This document shows positions 1 to 8,166 of a stretch of 20,000 nt of DNA, piece by piece. Made by a program: the position numbers and the translations under genes. Each line of letters begins with the position of its first letter. Position 1 is the stretch's first letter. The DNA is from an uncultured virus (IMG/VR IMGVR_UViG_3300003402_000002) (taxonomy: Duplodnaviria > Heunggongvirae > Uroviricota > Caudoviricetes), in the IMG/VR virus record IMGVR_UViG_3300003402_000002, positions 56,427 to 76,426 of that record. One strand, given 5' to 3'. The notes below the pieces were generated by a model. That model ran no database searches. It was not told the DNA's origin and was given only the letters and a program-made list of their open reading frames with translations.

Positions 1-343
1 ATTCCCATTCACCATCGCTGTAAATAGTCACCCGACCAACCTTGTCGATTAGGGCGCGTTGACCAGACGTGTAGGTCCCACCAAATCCATTGATCCAGAA
101 TTCCTTCAAACGCACCGGACCACCGTTCGTAACTGCACTGGTGAAGACATTACCACTGGCAGTCGTGTCCTCGTTTACCGTCTGAACTACGGGTGACAAC
201 TTCAGTGAGGGGTTGTTGACTTTCCCTTCGATCGTCGTGACACGACCTTCGAGTACCGGAACGCCCACTAGATCACGTAAAACTGCTACCGTAGCTGGCG
301 ACTTGGTGGGTAACTCATTGACGGGGATTGGCTCAATAGCCAT
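1..343 (-). CDS. Putative tail fibre/virion adhesion protein with an Ig-like/cadherin-like repeat (5' part only; runs off the window edge)
   Basis: Not in the ORF track. Manual translation from ATG at 343 (GGAG upstream) gives MAIEPIPVNELPTKSPATVAVLRDLVGVPVLEGRVTTIEGKVNNPSLKLSPVVQTVNEDTTASGNVFTS...GRVTIYSDGEWE, open to the edge. TVNED...GNV and G.VTI.SDG.W resemble bacterial cadherin-like/VCBS-type repeats. Confidence 0.6.
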   Translation of the reverse strand, partial: MAIEPIPVNELPTKSPATVAVLRDLVGVPVLEGRVTTIEGKVNNPSLKLSPVVQTVNEDTTASGNVFTSAVTNGGPVRLKEFWINGFGGTYTSGQRALIDKVGRVTIYSDGEWE

Positions 344-372
344 TGCTTAATACTCCATTTACATGGTACGTG

Positions 373-885
373 TTAATTGGCGAGGACAATGGACGCGCCT
401 TCGACAGTGGTAATTGGTGCGCCCTCTACCGTGAGTAGAGCACCTTGAGCTATAGCGGTCAGGAGGAGAGATATGGACAGCGAGCCGTTGAAAATAATCG
501 AGTCAGCCCGTGGGGTAAGATCGACGCTTATAGAAGATTCCCCCTCTACCCGATTAATAGGAGTATCCAAGAATTCTTCGGGGTCCAAAAAGCGTCCTGC
601 CCGTGCAGCAATACGCGGTACGAGCATACGTACTGTGGTTTCCTCGAGATCATCAAATGACGTATCGGTGAGCTGACAGTACTGATCGACGTCCAAGCGA
701 TAAAAGAATAGGTTCCGCTGAACGCCCGAGTTCTTAAAAGTTAAGGATAGTTTGGTGTTACGACCGTTGTCGTTAACCACCGTAACACTATCAACGGTAA
801 CTTGGTTGGATGTGATAACCAAATTACTCTTGACTCCCCATTCGTTAAGGAGAGTTTGCAGTGGATTTTCGTAAGGCGATGACAC
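373..885 (-). CDS. Putative virion structural protein (about 170 aa), possibly a tail-fibre adaptor
   Basis: ORF 373..957 re-started at GTG 885, behind GGGGAG. It is beta-rich, with NTKLSL...FFYRLD and ADSIIFNGSL motifs reminiscent of phiKZ-like virion paralogues, and ends in a TVEGA repeat. Confidence 0.5.
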   Translation of the reverse strand: MSSPYENPLQTLLNEWGVKSNLVITSNQVTVDSVTVVNDNGRNTKLSLTFKNSGVQRNLFFYRLDVDQYCQLTDTSFDDLEETTVRMLVPRIAARAGRFLDPEEFLDTPINRVEGESSISVDLTPRADSIIFNGSLSISLLLTAIAQGALLTVEGAPITTVEGASIVLAN

Positions 886-928
886 TACTGTCTCCCCTTT
901 AAAGGGTGGGTGAGGACTCCTGTTAAAG

Positions 929-974
929 CCGTACGAAGCATCCCTCCGTACGGTCACTCATAGGAATGAGTGAC
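929..974 (-). promoter_or_regulatory. Two adjacent hairpins in the leader of the virion genes; contains a TATG
   Basis: GTCACTCAT(953-961)/ATGAGTGAC(966-974) forms a 9-bp stem. CCGTACGGAG/CTTCGTACGG (929-953) forms a 10-bp stem with one G-U pair on the minus-strand RNA. Confidence 0.45.
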
Positions 975-1019
975 ATAGACTCCCTCCTGGACTCTAATAA
1001 GGTCCAGGAGGGAGTCTAT
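975..1019. repeat. 18-bp inverted repeat (probable terminator/processing hairpin)
   Basis: ATAGACTCCCTCCTGGAC (975-992) / GTCCAGGAGGGAGTCTAT (1002-1019), 9-nt loop, 4 nt after the stop at 1024. Confidence 0.85.
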
Positions 1020-1023
1020 AGTC

Positions 1024-1374
1024 TTATCTCGTCAAACGTTGTAGATGAAACTGAGCACTCACCAGTTCTTCAGTGATCTGCTCTTCAGTGAATTCCTTAC
1101 CTAACTGAATGTGTTTGGCGGTCCGACACCGATCTACCGCTCTAAGAAACTCATCCAGGTCACCCCATACCGTGTAAGGGTTGAGTTCGAAGAGCTCCTT
1201 GTCGGTTTCTGTCAGGCGGACTTTCAGATAGCACAGGTAATCGTCTGGATTCAAGCACCGCGAGATGGCTTCATGGGCGGAGTTAAACGTGAAGAGCTTG
1301 AGGTGTTCTTCCGTGTCTCCTGATCCGTAGCGGCGAATCTCATAGGCGTCGTAGTAGTAAATACCCATTCCCAC
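1024..1374 (-). CDS. Hypothetical protein (114-116 aa)
   Basis: The ORF directly follows the nrdJ stop. AGGAG RBS lies upstream of GTG 1374/ATG 1368. No family recognised. Confidence 0.75.
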   Translation of the reverse strand: MGMGIYYYDAYEIRRYGSGDTEEHLKLFTFNSAHEAISRCLNPDDYLCYLKVRLTETDKELFELNPYTVWGDLDEFLRAVDRCRTAKHIQLGKEFTEEQITEELVSAQFHLQRLTR

Positions 1375-1383
1375 TGACTCCTG

Positions 1384-3621
1384 TCAAGCCCAACTGATCT
1401 CGCAGGCTCCGCCATTGCATCCGACAGCCCCCATTGTGTCCACTTCGGTGTACTTCTGTTGGTTCAAGTCCATCGCGAAATCTACGAACTTGAGACTCTT
1501 CTCGATACCATCCCAACGGTGAAGGTTATACACGTCTTTGAGACAGTAAGAGGCTTTGAGTAGATCACCTTCAAAGTGCGCCTTAGCGAACTTCTTGAAG
1601 CGACGTACCCAGTCGCGCTTGGTAAGATCTTTGGAGTCTTCGGCGTTCAGTTCCTCACCGTGACCCATGGCCGTGTCACATGCAGTCCAGAGATTGCTGT
1701 TGAAAGCATGCATGCCGTCAACGATCAACCCAGAGGCGAACATCGAGGCGGTGCTATACATCTCCACGAGCTGTTTCGCTGTAAACACCTGAGTGAACGG
1801 AGCCTGCGGGTAATCCCGATCGCCGGAAGCACCCAGGAGCGAAATACCAGCGAAACTATAGCGGTTCTGGTAAATGTACTCCTCGACTTCTTCCCAGTTG
1901 TCCACTGAGATCGTGTTGGAGACGTTGTGGCGCAGACGCTTATCCGTGCAGAGCGATTCGTCCGTGCCGGTCTCCACCCAAAACGCCTGAGCGCGTTTGA
2001 CGTATTCCAGCTGCTTGACGCCGTACAAGTCGCTCTTGTAGATCGACCCAGGTTTGGTAGTGATCGGGAAACCGACCACCACGTCGGTCTTGTTAGGTGA
2101 CCACACCGAGTCTTCACACATCTTGGGATTGGTGGTCATCAAGAGTTCAGTGACAGCATCTTGCTTGTTCATCTGGACGTTACGGATGTACCGAGGTGCG
2201 TGTTCACCATGGATACCCGAAGCGCAACCCAGAAGTACGGAAGCATTTCCACTCGGCTTCACTACCGTGGAACGAGCAGACGGATTGATACCGATTAATT
2301 TAGCGACTTTTCGATTGACTTCTTTGATCAACGTGGCTCCGTCTTTGAGGTTGTTTTCATCAAAGAGAACCTCTGGATTGTTCATCCAGCCAGTGATCGA
2401 ACAACCCAGAAGAGCTTCACGGCGAGTGATCTCCTCAGAAGCCGAACCCAGGTAAGCGAAGTCGGTGTAACCAGCCTGGAGCGTACCGAGAATGCCTGAA
2501 GCCTTACAGGCGTAAAGGAAGGACTCTCGATCGACGGCAATGCCGCCGTTGATTTCGGTTAGGTTGCATGCCTGGAAACCATAACGTCCATCTTCAGTAA
2601 TGCCGCGCATACCTACTTCCACGCACGGATTGTACGTGAATTCCTTATCGTCCGTAAAGACGAATCCTGGCTCACCGAAGTTTCGAACGGACTGCATGAT
2701 GCCAGCCCATTCGTCACGAGTAAGCTCGTCGCGGACGATAAGGACAGAATTGTTAGAACGCCCACGCTGGGGATTCTCGATGAACCACCGACCAGTCTTT
2801 GCCGCCAGCATCTCCTGATCGTCCTTGCTGAACAAGCAGATCGTTGCTGCTCGACGGATACCGCCCGACAACACGGCGTCGGCCATGTGCATCACGAAGT
2901 CATAAACGTCGATAGGACGCAACTGGGTGGTGATCGTGTCTTTTTGATTGGTGATGTGGTTCAAAAGTTCCCGACACTTCTCTAGAGAACGCACCAGTCC
3001 ATCCGGACCCGGAGCCTTGAAACCACCTGAGATCAACGCTCCACGAGGACGGACCTGCGAAACGTCGAAATGGACTACCTTACCTTCATATTCCGGGAAC
3101 GTACTACCGTGCGTCAGATACGAAGAAATCAACACGCCGAAAGCGTCAGCCCAACCTTCGATACTGTCGCCCACGATGTGTGCCTTAGCGTCGCCCTTGT
3201 TAGGCGCCTTCACCGGCGGAATCTGTGCGACATGATGTTTTTGTACCGAGAACCCCACACCGCAGCCTGCTAGCAGTAAGTACATGGTTTGCTGGAAGAA
3301 CTCAACACGGTTAGCTGCCGTTGAACTACAGTTGTACAACTTCGCGTTGTGGGCGAAGATCTGTGGACCCCCAAACTGGAGCGCTCGCTGAGACCCCAAG
3401 ACGCTCTTTTTCTTATAAGCGACTTCGGCGAAATCAATCAGTTCCTTTAGCTCAGGAGTCATCTGTGCTTCGTACTTCAAGCGGTGCATGTCCATGACAC
3501 GCTCGACCGCTTCTTCCCAGGTCTCGTATCTGTTCCTTGCTGGGTCCCATCGCGAATATCCCATATAGAACTTGGAATCCGCCATCATTTTAGCGGCGCT
3601 TTGGGATGTTGCGTTATTCAT
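1384..3621 (-). CDS. nrdJ: Class II adenosylcobalamin-dependent ribonucleotide reductase, monomeric RTPR type (745 aa)
   Basis: Motifs YSRW...ETWEE, LYNCS, GCGVGFSV, GGIRRAA, NPCVE (thiyl-radical Cys), ACNLTEIN, KPSGN and C-terminal redox pair CNGGAC. Start set at ATG 3621 behind GGAG. Confidence 0.93.
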   Translation of the reverse strand: MNNATSQSAAKMMADSKFYMGYSRWDPARNRYETWEEAVERVMDMHRLKYEAQMTPELKELIDFAEVAYKKKSVLGSQRALQFGGPQIFAHNAKLYNCSSTAANRVEFFQQTMYLLLAGCGVGFSVQKHHVAQIPPVKAPNKGDAKAHIVGDSIEGWADAFGVLISSYLTHGSTFPEYEGKVVHFDVSQVRPRGALISGGFKAPGPDGLVRSLEKCRELLNHITNQKDTITTQLRPIDVYDFVMHMADAVLSGGIRRAATICLFSKDDQEMLAAKTGRWFIENPQRGRSNNSVLIVRDELTRDEWAGIMQSVRNFGEPGFVFTDDKEFTYNPCVEVGMRGITEDGRYGFQACNLTEINGGIAVDRESFLYACKASGILGTLQAGYTDFAYLGSASEEITRREALLGCSITGWMNNPEVLFDENNLKDGATLIKEVNRKVAKLIGINPSARSTVVKPSGNASVLLGCASGIHGEHAPRYIRNVQMNKQDAVTELLMTTNPKMCEDSVWSPNKTDVVVGFPITTKPGSIYKSDLYGVKQLEYVKRAQAFWVETGTDESLCTDKRLRHNVSNTISVDNWEEVEEYIYQNRYSFAGISLLGASGDRDYPQAPFTQVFTAKQLVEMYSTASMFASGLIVDGMHAFNSNLWTACDTAMGHGEELNAEDSKDLTKRDWVRRFKKFAKAHFEGDLLKASYCLKDVYNLHRWDGIEKSLKFVDFAMDLNQQKYTEVDTMGAVGCNGGACEISWA

Positions 3622-3735
3622 GAAAAACTCCAGTGTGGACGGGGGTGTAGGCGTGTCTAAAAGAAACCCCTTTAGGCATAACCTAGAGCGAGTTGGTTTT
3701 ATTCCACACCGTGCCCTCGAGAGAAAACGAGGGAC

Positions 3736-3768
3736 AAAAACCCAGTGCATCTTGCGAGTGCACTGGGT
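3736..3768 (-). terminator. Canonical intrinsic terminator after phoH
   Basis: Minus strand reads ACCCAGTGCA-CTCGCAAGA-TGCACTGGGT followed directly by TTTT, 12 nt after the phoH stop. Confidence 0.8.
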
Positions 3769-3780
3769 CGATTCTTCGTA

Positions 3781-4560
3781 CTACTTTTCGAACACCTTCC
3801 GGTGCCGATAACGCATTAAAATGTCCTTGACAAGACCGCTTCTTACCACATCCTCTTCTGTGAACTCCACGACGCCAACTTGTTCTAGACCTTCAAGGAT
3901 TTCCAGAGCGTCAAGAAGACCTGAGCGGGTCTTGATGTCGACTTGTTCGACGTCACCCTGGATGATACACTGCGTATCCTCTCCTAGACGAGTTAGGAAC
4001 GTTTTCATCTGGGCACAGCTGAGGTTCTGGGCTTCGTCAAGAACCACAAGAGCATTCTTGAACGTGCGTCCGCGAATGAATTCCGGCGGAACAAACACCA
4101 CACGTGGGAACTTACCGTAAAGTAAACTCTCGACATGGGTTTTACCGTAGTGCTCTTCCAGCACTTCGAGAAAAGGGATTTGATAGGGAGCCGTCTTCTG
4201 TGACTCATCTCCAGGGAGGAATCCTAAACCACCACCAGCTTCGATGATGGGTCGAACCACCACAATACGCTCAATACGCCGAGCGTCCAGTTCTTGTGCG
4301 GCGTATTTCATAGACAGGTAGGTCTTACCCACACCCGCTACACCTAGGCCCAAGACTATCTGTTTGCACCGTAACAAGTCGACAAACAACGCTTGTTTGG
4401 CATTCAGACATTTCAACGGACTAACCTCTTGTCGTTGCCAGGACTCTACCGCCCGCAGTTTGGCGGACTTGGCACGCTGAGGCGCCTGCTCGGTCGTGGC
4501 CAGCGCTTGCGCGGCACGGTTACGACGGCTGGACTTGGTCTTGGAGCTTGTTTTAGCCAT
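3781..4560 (-). CDS. phoH: PhoH-family ATPase (259 aa)
   Basis: Walker A GVAGVGKT, GFLPGD, RGRTF, LDEAQN, GD..Q.D and VVRSGLV. Start at ATG 4560 (MAKTSSK) behind AGGGG. Confidence 0.93.
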   Translation of the reverse strand: MAKTSSKTKSSRRNRAAQALATTEQAPQRAKSAKLRAVESWQRQEVSPLKCLNAKQALFVDLLRCKQIVLGLGVAGVGKTYLSMKYAAQELDARRIERIVVVRPIIEAGGGLGFLPGDESQKTAPYQIPFLEVLEEHYGKTHVESLLYGKFPRVVFVPPEFIRGRTFKNALVVLDEAQNLSCAQMKTFLTRLGEDTQCIIQGDVEQVDIKTRSGLLDALEILEGLEQVGVVEFTEEDVVRSGLVKDILMRYRHRKVFEK

Positions 4561-4664
4561 AGGTATCGAACCCCTATTGGTGATACGAAATCGCCTGCTT
4601 TTGAGGTCAGGAGACTCAGATGTCTTCTCTCTCCATAGGATCAAACAAAAAAGAAAATGACAGC

Positions 4665-4695
4665 ATACAGAGGGGGCTAAAAGCCCCCTCTGTAT
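4665..4695. repeat. 14-bp inverted repeat (probable terminator)
   Basis: ATACAGAGGGGGCT (4665-4678) / AGCCCCCTCTGTAT (4682-4695). On the minus strand it is followed by GCTGTCA and then a delayed T-rich tract. Confidence 0.85.
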
Positions 4696-4702
4696 CTGAA
4701 AG

Positions 4703-5545
4703 TCAGTACTCGAAGTACGTTTTGGCGAACTGCGTGAACTTCAGAAGCCGCCAGACGGCATCTTTAGCCTCGTCAAAAGGTGCTTTTCTATAAAGTTCGG
4801 TACTGTAGGAGGGTGAGCTCTCCGGATCCTTTCGGTCGGTCGGTCGTGAACGCGCGATCCACGAAGTATCCAGAAGAGGATCGTAGGTCAGTTCTATTTC
4901 TCGATTCGTAAACCCATCCATTAGGACGTTCAGTACCGGACGATTGTCGCCGAGCTCTTGTATTGAGAGTCTTCGCACACCATAGACAGCCCCAGCTCCC
5001 AAGATCTCCGCAAACATCAAATTCGACGAGTTTGGCTGTCTTGATCTTGGAACGTTGCTGTGACCACGAACCATAGTGTCAAGGAAGGTTTCTTCGGTCA
5101 AAAGATTGCAATAGTCACTGAGTTGCTGGAGGGTAACGGAATCGAGTCGTCCGGTTAAGACCTTCCAGTAACGACTGTGGTCTAAAACTTTCTCGTATCG
5201 GGCGAAGACCTTCTCGATCGCGCCGTAATACTTCTTGGGAATCTCGTCTCCGTCGAAGCGGAATATCAATGTCAAATGTTCGGGTTCGGGGACCAATACG
5301 GCATTCCCCGACAATGTAGACCAGATCTGGGGTTCGGTATCCTGTGCGTCGGAGAAAGAGTCCGGTAAAATCGAACGAGGCATTTGGTAGAGGCTTTTCT
5401 CACTTGCATCGTGAGTGACATTGCAGCGTATGAAAGGAAGTTTTGCAGACTCCGCTCGTTCTTGAGTCAACCCCAATAACAAGTTGAATTTCAACTGAAC
5501 CAAACTACCTTCGAAATCCAGTTCGTTGTCGTTGATGTAGGGCAT
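4703..5545 (-). CDS. Hypothetical protein (280 aa)
   Basis: Long ORF. Start moved to ATG 5545 (AGGA upstream) because the track start crosses an intergenic hairpin. Confidence 0.8.
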   Translation of the reverse strand: MPYINDNELDFEGSLVQLKFNLLLGLTQERAESAKLPFIRCNVTHDASEKSLYQMPRSILPDSFSDAQDTEPQIWSTLSGNAVLVPEPEHLTLIFRFDGDEIPKKYYGAIEKVFARYEKVLDHSRYWKVLTGRLDSVTLQQLSDYCNLLTEETFLDTMVRGHSNVPRSRQPNSSNLMFAEILGAGAVYGVRRLSIQELGDNRPVLNVLMDGFTNREIELTYDPLLDTSWIARSRPTDRKDPESSPSYSTELYRKAPFDEAKDAVWRLLKFTQFAKTYFEY

Positions 5546-5577
5546 GGCGGTTTCCTGAAAAGTGGGGTGGGCATAAG

Positions 5578-5612
5578 TACGACTGGAGGGGCTTAAAGCC
5601 CCTCCAGTCGTA
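5578..5612. repeat. 16-bp inverted repeat
   Basis: TACGACTGGAGGGGCT (5578-5593) / AGCCCCTCCAGTCGTA (5597-5612). TATG follows on both strands. Confidence 0.85.
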
Positions 5613-5622
5613 TGCGGTTGAT

Positions 5623-5931
5623 TCAAACTTTACTGGTCGCAAAACGTCGATTGACCACGGTATAGTTATCGTAGTCGATGTAGTGGTAGTCGTGGTCCTG
5701 ACGTAGGGTCAGTTGCTCACGTAAGACCACCAGGAAGCGATTGTGAGGGGTTATTTGACCGGCACCCCAGGCGCCGCCAGGAGCGCGTCCAAGCGTCTCT
5801 AATGAGCTGTCAGAGAGCAGGCGCACACGCAGGGTGGAGTTCTTATTACTGACCGAATGCAGGGCAATTTTCCCCATACGGTGGTTGATCATCACGATCT
5901 TGTCACGTTGGAAGTCCATGGGCACTCTCAA
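5623..5931 (-). CDS. Hypothetical protein (98-102 aa)
   Basis: The ORF fills the gap between two hairpins. Alternative ATG at 5919. Confidence 0.65.
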   Translation of the reverse strand: MRVPMDFQRDKIVMINHRMGKIALHSVSNKNSTLRVRLLSDSSLETLGRAPGGAWGAGQITPHNRFLVVLREQLTLRQDHDYHYIDYDNYTVVNRRFATSKV

Positions 5932-5996
5932 GGTCAGAAGGTTACGAATCCACTGTGGTCGGAGACCGGTTATCTATACAATCACGAGAATTGAAA

Positions 5997-6026
5997 AGTA
6001 TCGGTGGGTGTACACCCACCGATACT
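5997..6026 (-). terminator. 30-bp perfect palindrome, probable terminator
   Basis: AGTATCGGTGGGTGT|ACACCCACCGATACT, 8 nt after the stop at 6035, followed by TTT on the minus strand. Confidence 0.8.
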
Positions 6027-6034
6027 ACTTGTGT

Positions 6035-6679
6035 TCAGTCCACTGGGGGTATGAGGTTGGTCGGTGCGTTGACACTCACATCCGCTATCGTCTGAGACTC
6101 TACACCGTGTTCACGACGCCATGCTTCGTATTCAGCTCGTCGTTCGGATTCTCGCAGGTCGTAGACACGAATGGCGTCTGCCTGACCCTCCTGACTCACC
6201 GCCTGGATGACTTCGTCCTGACTGAGTTGACCGTCCGCCACAGCCAGCGCCAGGACGGTCAACAAGCGCTTGATACTGCCTGGGTTGGGAGGATCGAACA
6301 AACGAGCGTCGTCTCCACCACTGAGTCCATCGGCTGTATAGACCCCAAAGTGTCCGATGACGACATTGCGCGCCAGAGCATCTGGATCGAAGTCCTCGTC
6401 CCGACCACAACGCGTGGCTGCCTTGATACCACTTCGGATACCCGGTTGCAGTAAGTCTTCGAAATACCGTCGTGCGCGACATCCACCGATCAGCAGTTCG
6501 TAGGTCGGATTTGGTGTGAAGCCCTGTTCGTCCATTTCGTACAGCCAGTGGTCTTTAGGCAGCGGCATAGACATCGTCGCAAACACATTACCGTCGCCCA
6601 GATTGTTTACGCACTCGTGGATCGTACCGCCGCAAACATCAGCGATCTCAGAGATAATGTCCGGAGTTTTGTTATGCAT
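6035..6679 (-). CDS. Hypothetical phage protein (214 aa)
   Basis: Coupled to the upstream stop. The blocks SMPLPKDHWLY and AATRCGRDEDFDPDAL look like conserved phage-protein motifs. Function unknown. Confidence 0.8.
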   Translation of the reverse strand: MHNKTPDIISEIADVCGGTIHECVNNLGDGNVFATMSMPLPKDHWLYEMDEQGFTPNPTYELLIGGCRARRYFEDLLQPGIRSGIKAATRCGRDEDFDPDALARNVVIGHFGVYTADGLSGGDDARLFDPPNPGSIKRLLTVLALAVADGQLSQDEVIQAVSQEGQADAIRVYDLRESERRAEYEAWRREHGVESQTIADVSVNAPTNLIPPVD

Positions 6680-7250
6680 GGTCAGTCACCGCGTCGATTT
6701 GGAAAAAGCCACTGTAGTGGGCAGCAAGTGCTTCGCTGAGGATGCACGAAGCAGCGTCAGGACGGATCCCCTCGGGGAGCGTTATGGTGAGCTTGTGTTG
6801 TTTTTCTTGCTGTCGAGGACGACGTTCCAAGAACAAAGCGGAACGTTCACTGTGTTTCAGACGTTCGCCATTAAGCTTTTCCACCGACAACGTCGGTACT
6901 GACATGCCTGGCGCGTAGAAGAAAACGTGGTCGACTTCTTCGATCAATGCAGGTAAACGCGCTGCAAAGTACGGCGAATAGATGAAGTAGACTCGACCAC
7001 CCTGGAGTGCAGATTGCCGCAGGCGGTGAAGTAACTCCATTGCATCATCTAGTCGGCCCGTGGCCGTATCTTTAGCTTGGAAGCTCGGATAGAGCTCGGG
7101 TGGGAGATTCTGGGCCAGTAGTTCAATATGGCTGTCGATATACCGCTTATCGACTTGGCTGTGCTTAAGGCACAAGGCCAGACCAGGTTTGAGCACTGAG
7201 ACCCCAGGCAAGATTCCTTCGGGAATCTGGACGCCTTCGGAGTGATCCAT
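6672..7250 (-). CDS. Hypothetical protein (192 aa)
   Basis: AGGA RBS before ATG 7250; overlaps the next gene by 8 nt. Confidence 0.75.
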   Translation of the reverse strand: MDHSEGVQIPEGILPGVSVLKPGLALCLKHSQVDKRYIDSHIELLAQNLPPELYPSFQAKDTATGRLDDAMELLHRLRQSALQGGRVYFIYSPYFAARLPALIEEVDHVFFYAPGMSVPTLSVEKLNGERLKHSERSALFLERRPRQQEKQHKLTITLPEGIRPDAASCILSEALAAHYSGFFQIDAVTDHA

Positions 7251-7319
7251 AGTGGTTTCCTAGTGAAGGACGGTTTCACACAACCGTCGGGAGCGAGTCT
7301 TTACGAGACTAACGGCGCT

Positions 7320-7673
7320 TTAACCTTTCGGCCAGAACGCATGACCTTGCGAAGTGGACTGAGCGAAGTTATAGTGTCTAACTCCTTCAGGATATTCGCA
7401 GCAAGCCGGGTAAATCAGTCCAATCCAGAAACTATGTTTAGCAGGTGCATGGAGGGTATTGCAGGATGGACACATCCAACGATAGCCGCCTCGTACAGTG
7501 AAACCCAGTAAGTCTCTATCGCCTGGAACAATGCTACGGTCGCAGAGATCGTAGCGTTCGTTGACGACGTGCTTCACGTTGAAAGCGTAGGCGGTAGCGG
7601 CACGCCTCCTCGTCTCTCTGGCGAGTCGAATGTGTTCACACCAACGCATACACCACTCACGTAGACGATACAT
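7320..7673 (-). CDS. Small putative zinc-binding protein (117 aa)
   Basis: Start at ATG 7673 behind GGAG/AAGG. Contains WMCPSC...H...YPACC...H. Confidence 0.65.
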   Translation of the reverse strand: MYRLREWCMRWCEHIRLARETRRRAATAYAFNVKHVVNERYDLCDRSIVPGDRDLLGFTVRGGYRWMCPSCNTLHAPAKHSFWIGLIYPACCEYPEGVRHYNFAQSTSQGHAFWPKG

Positions 7674-8154
7674 CGACCTTGTCCTTCTCCAGACTATCCC
7701 AGATAGCAAGAAGTTGCTCGGCGCCTTGAGCGAACGGTCCACCGAAGAGTCTCACATAGACACACAACGCCATGAGTTCGTCAAATGTCACAGAGAGATC
7801 ATCCACCCAACAACGACCACCTTTCCCCGGAGAAGCACCCTGTATCCGATCATTGAGTCCCTCCACCACTGACAACGCAGTACCGATGGAAAGACGTATA
7901 CTCTTTTTCGCTTCAGAGGAATCTGGTAGCTGGTGATACCACCAGATCAATTCAGCTTCCAGGATATCGAGATGTTGCTCACCGTCAAGCGTCAATGTCC
8001 CGGGTTTCTCAGGATCAAATCGAGACGTACCTTGATAACGCTCATTCAAGATGCTACGAGCTTGTTCCTGAGTCACCGTTTGGAACAGTTTATCGAAAGA
8101 GATTTCGAACGTGATTCCGGGAGTCTCCGCAAAAGGGACCGATTCGATTGCCAT
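7657..8154 (-). CDS. Hypothetical protein (165 aa)
   Basis: AGGA RBS immediately after the recJ stop. Confidence 0.78.
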   Translation of the reverse strand: MAIESVPFAETPGITFEISFDKLFQTVTQEQARSILNERYQGTSRFDPEKPGTLTLDGEQHLDILEAELIWWYHQLPDSSEAKKSIRLSIGTALSVVEGLNDRIQGASPGKGGRCWVDDLSVTFDELMALCVYVRLFGGPFAQGAEQLLAIWDSLEKDKVDVSST

Positions 8155-8166
8155 GTTAAAGTTCCT

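Noticed and set aside
3622..3750. N-terminal extensions in the ORF track (nrdJ, phoH and the ORFs ending at 373, 4703, 7320, 10975, 17205, 18103 and 18503)
   Set aside because: They run through hairpins, spacers or neighbouring genes, and better RBS-linked starts lie downstream.
4561..4664. Pho box upstream of phoH
   Set aside because: A single CTGTCAT occurs on the minus strand near 4657-4663, but there is no 11-bp tandem repeat to support a Pho box.
5834..6454. 206-aa plus-strand ORF and the other plus-strand ORFs in the track
   Set aside because: They are antisense shadows of well-supported minus-strand genes, with no clear RBS or motifs; this one also crosses an intergenic palindrome.
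7251..7319. Two small hairpins (GACGGTT/AACCGTC and AGTCT/AGACT) as a tRNA or ncRNA
   Set aside because: Stems are short, with no cloverleaf or T-loop consensus; this could be chance or weak leader structure.
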